Assembly: GCF_031769215.1 (NCBI RefSeq)
Contig: NW_026782268.1
Location: 2,108,001 to 2,168,601 of the forward strand
From: Ylistrum balloti
Taxonomy: Eukaryota
Direction: 5' to 3'
DNA: 60,601 nucleotides
Positions 1-12,902 of the stretch are shown here, one piece after another. Below the pieces are notes generated by a model, which was not told the origin of the DNA, ran no database searches, and saw nothing but the letters and a program-made list of their open reading frames with translations. Position 1 is the stretch's first letter. Every line of letters starts with the position of its first letter. The translations under genes were made by a program, and so were the position numbers.

Positions 1-884
1 ACTTTGTCATGGTTAGAATATGATATTTTGTATGTGCGGGTTATTTTTAAATAAACGCACGTTTACCGTTTGACACTAGTTTTTTTCCTTTTCACACCTT
101 GTGTAAAATGTCAAATAAGGAGCATACGTGTCCTTCAAAGTCCTTCAAAAGAAATTACATATTGCGAAATATTTATGACGTGTCTGTATGAGGTGATAGA
201 TGATAGAGTAACAATGTATGAAACCCCCACGCCAGGACAATAGACATTAATATTGCACAAATATTGAGATTCTAAACCAAATACAATACTTTTTCCATAT
301 TCTCACTTCAGACGCATTGGTATAATTACTTAACATTGTCATTCACATTGATATATGAATTCCTTTGATTAGGATAATGTAATACACATGATGAATGCCT
401 AATGGTTCGCAAACAAACTGTCGTGAAGATCAAACGTGTCATTATTAGGTAATGCGTGCCATATTTGAGTAGTTAAATGTAAACACTCCTCAACAAATCG
501 ACAAGAATCCATTCAATATTTATCTTGCAATATATGACGTAAATTTAGATATAGTTTGATTAGTTTGTCAATGGATATCGACATGTTCAACAGTCATTAG
601 TGAAACAAATAGTTATCCAAGAAATAATATTACTTAGGTTAAAAGACAATAGGAAGCAAGCCTTTGTACGACATGGATTTATCGGTATCTGAAAGCGATA
701 CTGCTTTTGCTTCCAATTTCTGGTGCATTTTGGTGGGGTTCCGATCATGCAGATGTGTATTCCAGCGTTTCACATGTGCTTACCAGGTGATTTTGACTTG
801 TGCAAGTCTTTTAATTTGTTTATACCTCGTAAATATAACTTGTACTTCCGTTGTTGTTTATATTAAGCTGGGCGTGTTTTAGGC

Positions 885-1030
885 TCGTTCGTTTGCTTTT
901 TGGTTCCGTTTTTGTATACCGTATTTTTTTGTTTATTTTTTTGAGAACGTGACATTACATGTTTGGATTTACCTGGGTTTGTATAGAGACTGTCGTCAAT
1001 GAAGCAGAAGACTTTTTCGGGGATAGCCAT
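885..1030 (+). mobile_element. Degenerate 3'-tail remnant of the Penelope-like element family
   Basis: Similar by eye to the non-coding tail at 37380-37510 (ttggttcc..ttgtatacc..ttgagaacgtgacattac..tgtcgtcaatgaagcagaagac). Boundaries are approximate. Confidence 0.45.
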
Positions 1031-2234
1031 GTCAATATGTCCTTTCTTCATATTTTGCCTTAATTCATCAAATTTGGGTTTTAATCTGTTAAGATTGTTA
1101 CCACGTCTTCGTTTCTTTGTTCTTTAGAATAAATGCAGTCACAAGTGATCTAAAAAAAAACTCGCTGTCAGACTAGATACATGTTTTTAAACTTCTAAAC
1201 ACCCCTCTTGCTAATTTAAAAAAAAAAATCAAAATTGTGTACATTTAGTAAAGGGATGCCATAATTTGATTTGATTTGATTTTTAGCTATAATATTTAAC
1301 ATAAGTATTCCATCGTTAAAACGGTAGCAACTTTGAAGTTTTTCTTTCATTGATACCATTTCAAATTTGTCAATGTCTATATGTGTGCTCTTTTAATCAT
1401 TACTCCGTCGAATGTTTTACATCGAAGTAACAAGCCGAGCAAAAGTGTATGATGAAGTAAACACATGCAAAACACACATTCATCAATCGCAGATCTATAA
1501 TCTATATTTGTGATGACATATGTATATAAATGAAAATAAATTAAATAAATGCAGTTTTTTTTTCTAATAAGCCGTTTAAAAGTTGTCTCCCTTACACCAG
1601 TGACTCGCGAAATTGTTATGAGTCTATTTTTAATATTCTTTGACATTGACCGGGTAACTCATTCTAAGGCAAAATCGGCACACATTCTAGAAAGTGGGAA
1701 GATTGCTAAACTAGCCATTGTCGAAACCGACTCTGACTTTATGCTTGAAGTCATATATCTTATTCGTGTCCATATGACACGTGTTGCTGCACAAGAGACA
1801 TCGATAGGTTTTTAAAACATTTCCAAAACGTAACTGGCCAAACCTGCCAACAATTAAATGTCACCATCGTAATTAATTTTTGTTTTACATTTTACCAAAA
1901 ACACGTCTGACAATGAATCTATACATTTTATCATAATGTACCAATAACATTTCAGGACAAAAATACGGCATGTGATTAAAAAATCAAATTTTAAAGACCA
2001 GCAAGATATCTAAGGATTTAGAGAACATTATTATCGCTATCATAGGCAACGCTTAAAAGATAAACACGATCGATCCCAAACACTTTGATTTTAATTCATT
2101 GGAAAAGTGGCACGTCCAGAATATACACATGCTCCTAACACTCTTCTGAAATTATACGAATAAAGAAAACTTCACAATTTATTTACTTATAGGATCCGCT
2201 GAACGGTGCAAAAAATGAATCTAAAAAATACAAA

Positions 2235-2500
2235 CATGGCAACACAATCATAATGTAGACTCATATTCGATAAAACTAGAGCAAAATATTAACAACCAAA
2301 AGATTTACACGGAGACTCCCGAAAAGTACAAGAATAATAATACCGGATGTTCCGGAAGGGAAGCGCCTTCTGCTTCGTTGACGACACCCTCCATGTAAAC
2401 CTTGGTCAGTCAAAGTACGTAATGTCACGTTCTCAAATGAGAACAAGGTATACAACAACGGAACCCACAAGCAAACTAACGAGCATTAAATACGTCCAGC
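2235..2500 (-). mobile_element. 3'-tail fragment of the Penelope-like element family
   Basis: Reverse complement aligns closely with 37370-37610 and 14350-14590 (e.g. gttctcatttgagaacgtgacattac, gggtgtcgtcaacgaagcagaagg, ggagtctccgtgtaaatcttt). Confidence 0.65.
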
Positions 2501-3204
2501 TTTGTGTCACACAGAGAAATAGAACATTCATGTTTTGGCACCGGTATATGTATATTTCTATATGTGTACAATTTGTTGACAACGAAAGCTGAGACAAGGA
2601 TCTGTTTCCCCTATATCTACTCTTATATTCAGTAGAGTTTTGTCTATTCTAGTTTACACACAACAATTTTAAAAACCTATTCGCTCCTGTCAGATTATCA
2701 ACCAGGGTGATAAATGGACCAATCAGCTTCTTCGTATCATTTATGACATTAGTTCTTCACTTAAAAGGGCAATGCCACACGGATGGTCTTTTGAAATGTG
2801 GTTTTGTAGAAAGGTCTTCTCTGCAAACTGTCTAGCCTTGGAATTCGAGATCACTCTGTCCCTTTTAGTGTTTTAGTGGTTTTACACATGGTTCCATACT
2901 TGGTCCTGTATTGTGTCTCCTATTCATTAATGACATCGTAAAAATATTCTATTATTATGTTATTTACATGTGATGATTCTCTGTATATGCTGTCATTGAT
3001 ACCCGTAGCATAAGTGAAGACAATTTTGAATTCTGAAAGGTTCTTTGACAATTTTAGTATATAAGAAAAAATACGAAAAGGAAAACGTTAATTTTGCAGA
3101 TCAATAACAGTCAATAACTACACTTAATACGGCAGTGAAGATCCCAAAATAACCCAAAGTTATTAAACTACAAAACATTTGAAATTCTTAATTCGGCCAG
3201 AAGT

Positions 3205-3216
3205 ACAAAGGTAAGT
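3205..3216 (+). other. Candidate splice donor of a non-coding 5' exon of gene A
   Basis: Perfect AAG|GTAAGT consensus (intron would start at 3211) about 0.9 kb upstream of the gene A ATG. The possible acceptor at AG 4088-4089 is weak. Confidence 0.3.
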
Positions 3217-4126
3217 GATATATATTGTTTGTGTTTATATATAATATATGTTTTGTCAATTGTCATGCTAATTTCATCACTGATAGGCAGTGTGATCCAA
3301 TTTTAGGTATAAATTTGAAAAACAAAAGTGGTATAATTTTATCGTTCGAACGAAGGAATGTTCCTTTTAACAACAGACACTTTATTAGGACATATTAGTC
3401 AAAAAATGTCACCCACTTCCATCCCCGATATGGGTTAGTATACTGCTAGTATTAAAACAGGTTCGATTTTCAATCTAATTAACAATCCAAATTTATTACC
3501 CATTGGTTTCATAAACATGTCACATACATAAGTAATTGATTATACCAGTACTGAGCACGTTCTATGACTTTTCATCTTTAGAATTTCACGTTCTTATTTT
3601 ACATGATGTGTAGCTTTTTCGCAGGAATGAGACTAGTAACAATAATAGTATTCACTGTCTCCTCTAATAATTTAGCGAGAAGGATAATACGACAATTTGA
3701 TATTCCAGCTTGTAAAGAAGACATTTTGTACAAGCCAGTTACTCAGTCCATTCAATGCCTACGTCATCTACAAAAATAGAAAGTGTATTTACTTGGTATG
3801 ATGGTAGATACTAATTTGACGAATTTTAGCGATTTTCTCTGCTTTTTTCTTTACAAACTACTCACTAAGTAATGAATTACAAAGCCATGAGGCACATTGT
3901 ACAGCGTTAACAGGCTTGTTAGAATACCTCATAGTCTTTGATAGTGATCACTGACCCAAACGACGTGACCCCAGTTATCCAATGTTCGAGGGATTAAACA
4001 GCATGCATTAACTACACCGGGGCAAGCTGTATTTATACAAAGCATTTATTGTTAACCACTTCTCGTACCGTGAAAAATATTATCGACAGTCGCTGCCGAA
4101 ATCGAGGGAAGTACATTTTTCTCTCA

Positions 4127-5542
4127 ATGGCAAGTATGGGCCGGTTTGTCATCTTGTGTTTTCTGATCGTTTCGTACGAGCACGTTGTTGCTCAGACATA
4201 TTCAGACATGGACAGACTTCATAAGAACTTGACCAGTAACTACAACAGGAATATACGGCCAACAGTGAATTTCTCAAGTCCAACGCATGTCGTAGTAGGA
4301 TTCCAATTGTTAAGTATAAAGGAATTTGTGGAAAAAGACAATAAGTTGTCTATCATGGGAATATTTATATTAGAGTGGAACGATTACAATATGGTGTGGG
4401 ATCCAGGACAATATGGAGGTATTTCAACTTTTCTGATCCCACAAAAAGACGTCTGGAAACCTGACTTGATCCTTGGCAATCCGTATAATAGTATCCAGTC
4501 CCTTGGTTTTGACGAAATGCATATCCGTGTAAGGTCCGACGGGACGATGTTTTGGATGCCCGGGGATATTTATGAATCCACTTGTGCTGCAGATATAACA
4601 AATTATCCGTTTGACGAGCATACCTGTTATCTGTTGTTTTATCCATGGATGTATCTTAACGACCAGGAAATGACATTACATAATTTGACAAGCAAACCGG
4701 AAACATCCCTGTATTTTCCAAGTGGACAATGGGAGCTGATTGATACGAGAATCGAGGCTGGAGCTTTAACGGTTACTCCAGAGTTCAAGTTAATGATCAG
4801 TTTTAGACGTCGTCCATTGTTTAGTTTAATCAATATCTTTGTACCCGCAAGTGTCATGGCGCTGCTTATTACCTTAGTGTTTCTCCTTCCGGCAGATTCA
4901 GGAGAACGAGTAGGATTTTCAATAACGGTCCTGCTTGCTTTGACCGTATTTCTCACAATAGTGTCCGATAGCTTACCTAACACCAGTGAACCTAGTATTC
5001 CACGTATGTCATATATCTTAATTGCGGATTTAGTAATAAGTACACTGGCAACGATATGTACTATCCTCGGGTTACGTTTGCACCACAAACCGGAAGAGAG
5101 CAAGATCCCAAAGTGGCTACAGTATTTCATCTGTGCGACGCAGAAAAACAATAGATATTCTGAAAAGGATCTTTCAGATTCGGATTACTCTCAGATACGT
5201 TCCCGAGAAGTTAGCGGTGTAAACTATACTCACCCAATGACAAGTTTACCTTCGGTATACTGCAGTCAAAACTACATGGTTCACGGGAGAAATGATCAAG
5301 GACATCATCGTTTATACCAACCAACGAGAAATAAAAAATTCACAACCGGAGACAACTCTGAGATGCAACACTCAGATCGCAGCAGATATCAGAGGAAAGA
5401 CTCATCTCATGATGACAGCAGTGAAGCTAACGTCGTCACATGGAAGCAGGTCGCGTCGTTTTGTGATGTGTTCTGCTTTGTGTTTTTTCTGATATTAGTT
5501 GTCGTTAAAAACATTATAGCATTTATAACATTCATGACGTAA
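4127..5542 (+). CDS. Gene A: intronless Cys-loop ligand-gated ion channel subunit, nAChR-like non-alpha (471 aa from ATG 4127)
   Basis: Signal-peptide-like N-terminus (MASMGRFVILCFLIVSYEHVVAQ), WKPD, Cys-loop CAADITNYPFDEHTC (C-x13-C), loop B YPWMY, M1-M3, M2 DSGERVGFSITVLLALTVF, C-terminal M4. No vicinal CC in loop C. The track start at 4049 is a TTG. Confidence 0.93.
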   Translation: MASMGRFVILCFLIVSYEHVVAQTYSDMDRLHKNLTSNYNRNIRPTVNFSSPTHVVVGFQLLSIKEFVEKDNKLSIMGIFILEWNDYNMVWDPGQYGGISTFLIPQKDVWKPDLILGNPYNSIQSLGFDEMHIRVRSDGTMFWMPGDIYESTCAADITNYPFDEHTCYLLFYPWMYLNDQEMTLHNLTSKPETSLYFPSGQWELIDTRIEAGALTVTPEFKLMISFRRRPLFSLINIFVPASVMALLITLVFLLPADSGERVGFSITVLLALTVFLTIVSDSLPNTSEPSIPRMSYILIADLVISTLATICTILGLRLHHKPEESKIPKWLQYFICATQKNNRYSEKDLSDSDYSQIRSREVSGVNYTHPMTSLPSVYCSQNYMVHGRNDQGHHRLYQPTRNKKFTTGDNSEMQHSDRSRYQRKDSSHDDSSEANVVTWKQVASFCDVFCFVFFLILVVVKNIIAFITFMT

Positions 5543-7012
5543 TGAACACCTTATCAAGACCCTACTGGACTTGCTTCTTAGCTATTGTTTTATTGTATGC
5601 TTGTAGTTTGACAAGGTTGAGTAGACACGATAACCTATAAGAAGTATATCCTCAAACGTACGAGATTGCTAAAGTATAAATTAGACACTGCTAGTGGAAA
5701 ATATTTCGACTTATCCGAATTTCGACTATAACGAAGTGTATAAATAAGGTTAACGATATCAGTTTCCTGACGTTGATTGATTGTATATGCAAAAGATTTA
5801 TTATCAACACAAAAATTTATACAATATAGTGTTCATACTACTTTCTTTAGAATGAGTCGACAGTGACCAATATGTTAATATCAATGTTTTGACTGATATT
5901 TCTAAGGGTCACGCACCTTGTTCCCTACATAACATGTAATTCGGAGTATTACTTTTAACCTTAGTAAAATTTTGCAAGAATGGCCACTCTCAGTCATTTT
6001 ATGGTTTGTAAGACCCCATATTTCACAACCATACATCAAAATGTTATTCACAATTTTAACAGATAAATCATATACACAAAAAAATACAGATTATATTGTC
6101 AACATTTCTTCATAATATGCATTCATATTGTTGTGTTTTTTAAACAGTATTTTTGAAACTGACCAAAGCGACAAAATATTATACTCAAGTAGGTAAAACT
6201 GCCCGCTATATCTAGCTCTTCATCATTACAAAAAAACGTGTATATTTGTTGGGTTTTTTTTCGTTATTCAATACCATACATTTAATTTTACTTACATCAA
6301 CCTTTACTTTCCACTCTGTATAGTATTCACTGAATACGTTTAGCTGTGGCTGTAAATCAGTTGGGCAGTTGGAGTAGAGTACTATTATCATAATAATATT
6401 ACGATAAACAAAGTGATAAAAACATGAAAATCATTTTCTAATTTATTACTAAGATGCGTCAACTGCGGAATATTATTTTGAACCATATACTGAAAGGCAA
6501 ACATATTTGTAATTAACTGAAAAAATCAAGTATTCGTTTTCTAGTTCTTAATATGGATCACCTATATATTAATTAGAATTATTAAGTGGTATATATACTG
6601 TTTCAAACAACAAAACTTCATCACATCTACATACATGTCAATTAATCTTAAACCAATTTACATACTTATCACCACAATCTACAGTCTTTATACAGTTTAC
6701 TCCACCACACTTAAATTTGTTTTGCTATTGCACCAGCTTTTATTTTTCATTTTAGCCACAAATCCAGGTTGGGTTTACCCAACGACACGTTCCTATTGTA
6801 CAGAGGAGTGATTTCGCCGACGCTTCCACGGGGGTGTCTGGGGTCGAAGGAGTACAACACACCCGTCTATTAAAAGTTTGTTCTTACACAGCACAATTTT
6901 CTTATTCTTTACTTGTGTCGATATATAAAATACATTGTGATATACAATAGCGTAAATATATGAATTTATAGTAGGACTGTCCCTACATAAAAAAAAATAC
7001 ACCAAGGTTTTT

Positions 7013-7464
7013 TGTGGGGTTCAGGTTGGTAACAGCCAATAAATAACAGAGATTATACGTTTCAGTATGATTTTATTACATACAGAAGGAAAACCAAGGA
7101 CGAAACAGAACAAAGCCCCAGTCAACACACAGGAGGCTACCGTCGGGACTAGCTAGGACATACACACAGACCTTACATACATTTCCGGTCAGCCTTCCTG
7201 GCTTTATCGGCATACACAAGACATAGACGAGACACCCACCTTACAACAGACCTGTCAAAGAGAGAAAAAAAATGAATTGAACTGCTCACGAAACTTTTTC
7301 AGACTGACGAAATGCAGGTACACAACGTGTTAGCCAATAAGAGACAGGAAGAGAAGAGCCAATCAGAAGAGAGTTCAGAGAGGTAGAGATGAAAGTGAAA
7401 GTAGAAACGTTAGTATTACAGTTAGGCATGTCCTGCCTGGTAGCCAAAGACAAAGAATGCTACA
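7013..7464 (-). mobile_element. Possible solo LTR (~450 bp)
   Basis: TGT...ACA termini, AATAAA on the minus strand about 60 nt from the end, several CCAAT motifs, composition unlike the flanks. No clean TSD. Confidence 0.3.
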
Positions 7465-7752
7465 AGGTATATATATGAACTATCATGAACAACTCCCTAT
7501 CAAGCTACATGCACCAGTACTCACACAACACCACGACCGGGCTACATTCATAATATACAACTTTCACAAATATAACCAATACCATAACGTATCACAGGAT
7601 GACAAGGTCCTCGTAGTTATGTGGAGCTTAAATTGTCTAGTGTTTGGCATCTTCATAAACATATATATACTACGAGGAAAAAGAATCACAACTTCAACAT
7701 CAGCGAACTGGTGACGTGGCCGTTTCGGCTGCCGCTTATCTCGCCATGGCAA

Positions 7753-7880
7753 CGCCTTTCACCTAGCCGTCCGGGGTTCGATTCCCGGTATGGACGTGAA
7801 AAGGTATGGGGTCACCTGCCTAACCACGTGAGCATTCCCATGATACTCCGATTTCCTCTCACAGTAACACCCTTCACGCG
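7753..7880 (+). mobile_element. 5'-truncated tRNA-derived SINE
   Basis: B-box GGGGTTCGATTCCCGG, followed by ggtcacctgcctaaccacgtg and a degenerate copy (gatactccgatttcctctcac) of the ggtactccggtttcctcccac core common in invertebrate SINEs. No A-box and no cloverleaf. Confidence 0.6.
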
Positions 7881-10800
7881 TTTTCTATTCTACCAATCAC
7901 TCTCAGAATGAATGTTGAAACAGCAACAATAGTGAGACTTTTGTTGGGTATATATAAGTATCCATATGCATGTTGCACTCGTCTTTTTACTCCTTGTAGG
8001 ATAGATAAAAATATTTAAATGAAACCCCTTTGTTAAAAGATCAGACTCTGGAAATAGAGACATTTAGTATTGTGATGTCTCAGAGATTTGATTTCATTGA
8101 GGGCATTCTGACACAAAAGAAACATAACAATACAGTCAAAATTGTATAGGTGACTATCACTGGTGGATCATGTAGCTCTTTGTTACTAATCTTAGCATCT
8201 TTACAGATTTTTATCATACTGCTGGTAAACACAAAAACAACTACAATAAGATTTTTGAGCGATCTTTCAAAACTGGTAGCTTCTCAGGCAGGATTTATGG
8301 TGAATAGCTCATATGAAAGATGTCCATTAAAATTTATATATAATCTAAAGATTTTTGAATTTTTGAGAACACGTTTATTTCTACCATACACTAAAACTCT
8401 ACAAAATAAAACATTCATATACATATATTAAGGATTAATACTACTTTTTACCACGACAAGGAATAAGATTACGTCTGTAGCACTATATTTTAAGTATTTA
8501 GATCTACTTTGTTTTGCGTTCACTTTCAACAACCTAAGATGGTGACCAGTTGAGCATCCAGTTTCTTAAGTGACACTTTCTAGAGTAAATATGCACTTGA
8601 TCCAATTTGTTATGGAGCCAAAATATAGAACTTAACCAGATGGTGCATATCTTAACTGTGGAAAAGATCCTTTTTGTTCACTTATTGAAATGTGTTGTTA
8701 TGGTATATCAAAACTATGGTACTCTTTTGCTTTTGTTTTGACGTCAAAATTTCCATACCGGTTAACATAGCTAGCTTCTCCATATGAATCATGATAAATA
8801 CCTGTCCATTTTCAAGGTCATCGGTAACGAAAGATTTTATCTATTTCTTGACGTAAATATCATGTTGGTACCTTTAATAGATTTTCATCTCTCGATATGG
8901 TTGTCGCTGAGTGCATTCGGCTACAAATGAGTTTGTTTAACTGTCCGCACTTCGGCTTTTCCCGGTAGCTTTCGGGAATCTTCGGCACCTATTATCTTTG
9001 ACGTCAATTCCGCCAGATGGTTAGTGATTGTTGTAAACACAGAGGAAGTCTCATCACGGACTTGACATTTTAAGTCAATAGTCTCCTATAAAATGGCGAT
9101 TTTTAAACGGTCTTATTTCAGCAGTGATGGTACACTGTGTTATGTCGGGGTATTGCAACCCTAATAAAAATCAAAGTTGTTTATGTCTATGTTAACTTCT
9201 TAAATACAACGGGATATGGAAAAATTACGAAACACAGCTGAGACGAACAACAAGTAACGAATCTAGCAGATGAACTCTTAAATATCTGTCCAACATGTTA
9301 ATTGGCTCCGATCAATTTCGGCAGCTGTTAACAACCCTTACCTGTCATACATACAGCTAGGTAAACACCTTAAGATACCTGTGTGAGCCCAGGTGTGCGT
9401 CCAAGGTCACACCTGTGTTCAGGGTCATTACCAGTATTAATCACCCTATTGTTAACTGGCAGGTATATCAGAATGCAATGAGATAGTATTTGTTATTTCA
9501 TCTTAAAATTCTGAGAGAATAGTTAAATGATAGTTTATATATTTTAATATTTCAATAATAAAATTTAATGATAATTTATATTTTTTTCCAAATAAATATT
9601 TTATTATCTTAGTGCTTTTGTTGACCCCTGTTCAGTGTGAGTTTTTATCAAAGTATCCCGAGTTATTTTTGGCTGTATATATATGTGTGTGTGTTATCTA
9701 ATATATCTATATATATATGTGTAAAACAAACACAATGTTTTTGTCTCTAATACTAGACTATTTAGCTATTGTTTTCTGTGTCCTCGTTCTATGATTCATA
9801 CATTGAGCATTACAATCATGTTTACGAAGAGATTGCTTTACGTCTAGAACATTATAGGATACTTACATAGTTTTGCACGTTTATTGTCCTACATGTGGAA
9901 GGTGATGGTGTTGTACAGTATGTGTACATGTGTTCCGGTATATTTGTGTACTTCCCCAGAAGATGATGTCCTGCTCTATGGGGTTTTCTTTGTTTTTCGA
10001 AGGTGAATTTCATTCTGCATGTATGGAACAGTAGTAGACACGAGAAGTGCAAGGGATAAAATTTATTTTCTCGACAATTGTATATATACAGATGAAAACA
10101 TTAGCTCTGCTGAATTAATTTACGAACAAACGTATATAACAATTTATTAACAAAGCATATACGACATATCCAAGCATGGTAAAATTACACACATGTTAAC
10201 AAAGCAAAACAGTTATAAACAATGTATTTGCTGACAAAATATTGATGGGACGCAGTAATAAAATTACACAAAATATAAAACGATAGAATAGCGTTGTTTG
10301 ATTTTTGGTGACAAATTAGTCATTTAAATATATATTAGCAAAATGTGAGCCGAGAGTTCATTCCTTTATAAATCAGATAAAACTGGACGTCTTGCTGCTT
10401 ATTAAGGTAAATTCACAGTCCACTTAACTAGTAGGTGTCCTGTCACAACCATTAATCCCCTCCAATCGGTAAGGTCCCGGTGTGTACTTAGGTAGCCCAG
10501 GGCATGTGGAACTTAACAGCGATTAATAATGTAATGAATATTGCATTTAACAAACACTTTACGATTAGAATAAAATTATTTCGATTATTAAAACAAAATC
10601 TGAAAAAAGTGGAAAGACGGCTCCCATCACTGAAATGAACAGCAGATGAAAATCGCAAAATTGACAATATTATAAAGAATGACTTTGTCTGCAGCTACAT
10701 AAAAGTTGTCACTTATATGTAAATATAGATGTGCAGTAAACAAATAGTTTAATAAAAAAAAAACACTACCTCTTAGTCATTTTATGGTTGTTGTACATGT

Positions 10801-11471
10801 TTATGAAATCAAATATAGCCGATTTAATGTACAGAATCTACTAAAACACTACTAATAAACAAATAAACATGTGTCTAGTGGAAGATTGACGTCCTTGAGA
10901 GTCATTGGTTTTCATAAAAGAAATAACTCTAGATATTTAAACTTCCTCGTGTTTTCACAAGTAGAAATTGTACTAGCTGTCCATCCCCTAATTCCTTTCT
11001 TAAGACGTCATCTAATGATTTTTCACGAAAATTAAATCTTTATTCCAATTGCCGATGACCTTTAACTTCAAAATATTCTCTTGTCACATGATTGCCTTCT
11101 AATTTAGAGAATATGGCTATGTTTACGCATTATATATTATGTATTACAGTATGATATCACCTATGATATCATCAGGTTAAAATAATGTAATGACGTCATT
11201 ATCATAGATTTCATTGTGAGATAACTATGTGGACACCATTATCCAATTTCTGAAATACTTACCTGCATAAAACGATCATTTACTGAAAGTTATCTCAAAT
11301 ATATGTGATTTCCGTAACTCGTCACATTTTTTAAAAATTTTTTGTTTTTTGTTTTAACGAGTCATTAAAAATTCTAAGACTCGTTACTGTAAATGCCTTT
11401 TTTTATAACTTACGGAAACATTAAGCGCCATGCAAAATATAGATGGATTCTAGAAGTTTGTTTGTTTTCCT

Positions 11472-12902
11472 TTAAGCACTATCCTTAAAAAGTAAAAATG
11501 ATGCTATTATTTTTGCAATGATAATCAAAAGGAACACAATAAACAAGAAAACATCGCAAAAGTCTGCAATGTCTTTCCATTTAACGATAGGCTGATCTTC
11601 TGCTGAAGAGGTCGCAACTTCCTGTTTGTTATTGCCCTCCTCCTGGGGATATTGCCTACTGCTATTAGGATGTGGAGTTATTCCTTCTCGCTTGTATTGG
11701 TTTCCTCTTATCTCATTGTAAGTGCCTGATCTACTTTGAAACTGTCCAAACTGATTGAACTTCCAATGATATATCTTTCTGTTCTCTGTAATCGACGACA
11801 CATTTGTTGATCTGGAATTGAATTCATTTGTATATGGATTAGATAACGTGTCTGATGCATCAAATGTAGATTTTTTCTCTTTTATACGTTTGGAGCAACA
11901 TCTCTTACACGAGAGACATCGGAGCCATCGTGGGACAGTTTCGTCCTCGCCTTTATGATGTAAACGTAATACCAGAATTGTACATATAGTTATCATTGTT
12001 CCTATTACCAGATCTGCAAGCAAGAGATAGGACATCCTTGGTATGCTTGGCTGACTGGTGCTGGGTAAGCTATCAGCGATGATAGTTAAAAACACAGACA
12101 TTGCTAGTAATACTGTTATAGAAAATCCAACACGTTCACCTGAATCTGCGGGAAGCAGAAACACCAGCACATTTAAAATCCCCAGAACAGTTATCGGCAC
12201 CAAGATATTAACTACATGAAAAATCGGACGGCGTTGAAACTCCAACCCAAGTAAAAACAATTGGGAACCTGGTATTTCACCAACTCTAACGTAAGTGTCT
12301 CTGAGTTCCCATACACCACTGGGAGTAAATTGTGCCAGGTCCATTTCCCTATGCACGACCTGAATGAGCATTTCGTCCATCGAATGCATCCAAGGTGTGA
12401 AGATGAATTCGCATCGATGAATATCGAAAGGATAATAAGTGACGTCAGCAGAACATGTGGTCTGGTACACATCTCCGGGCATCCAAAGCATCGTTCCATC
12501 AAACATCACGCGGACATTAAGCCTTTCAAATCCCAATGGTTCGATTTTCTCGTATGGCTGGGCATTAACTACTTCAGGTATCCATACCTGATTTTGTGGT
12601 ATTAATAATGAATATATACCTGCATGTACATGTGGATCCCATGCCATTCTCTTGTCTTTCCATGTGAATGTGAAAATGCCAACTATCTCGAGTTTCCCTT
12701 CTTTCTCTTCAAACTCCTTAATAGATAAAAGTATAAAAGAAGAATCGACTATTGTCGGTTGTTGGACATTTTCAATAGGTCGAATGTTTCTGTTGTAATT
12801 TGTTGTTAAGTTATTGTAAAGTCTGCTATAATCATCACTATCTTGTCCTAGTGTGATTCCGTATAATGTCGACAACAACACGAAGGATATCTTAAAATCC
12901 AT
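11472..12902 (-). CDS. Gene B: intronless nAChR-like non-alpha Cys-loop subunit (476 aa from ATG 12902)
   Basis: Signal peptide MDFKISFVLLSTLYGITLG, WIPE, Cys-loop CSADVTYYPFDIHRC, loop B TPWMH, M2 DSGERVGFSITVLLAMSVF, M4. No loop C CC. The track start at 12923 is a GTG. Confidence 0.93.
   Translation of the reverse strand: MDFKISFVLLSTLYGITLGQDSDDYSRLYNNLTTNYNRNIRPIENVQQPTIVDSSFILLSIKEFEEKEGKLEIVGIFTFTWKDKRMAWDPHVHAGIYSLLIPQNQVWIPEVVNAQPYEKIEPLGFERLNVRVMFDGTMLWMPGDVYQTTCSADVTYYPFDIHRCEFIFTPWMHSMDEMLIQVVHREMDLAQFTPSGVWELRDTYVRVGEIPGSQLFLLGLEFQRRPIFHVVNILVPITVLGILNVLVFLLPADSGERVGFSITVLLAMSVFLTIIADSLPSTSQPSIPRMSYLLLADLVIGTMITICTILVLRLHHKGEDETVPRWLRCLSCKRCCSKRIKEKKSTFDASDTLSNPYTNEFNSRSTNVSSITENRKIYHWKFNQFGQFQSRSGTYNEIRGNQYKREGITPHPNSSRQYPQEEGNNKQEVATSSAEDQPIVKWKDIADFCDVFLFIVFLLIIIAKIIASFLLFKDSA

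Noticed and set aside
4049-4126. N-terminal extensions from TTG/GTG starts (also 12923, 18127, 56158)
   Set aside because: Bacterial-style starts in a eukaryote. Downstream ATGs give proper signal peptides or the Gag start.
7700-7750. Hammerhead-like gccgaaacggcc on the minus strand
   Set aside because: The CUGAnGA core is absent (gagataag) and stem II cannot close a loop.
7770-7800. tRNA gene
   Set aside because: Only a B-box/T-arm-like motif with no acceptor stem or D-arm, followed by SINE core sequence.
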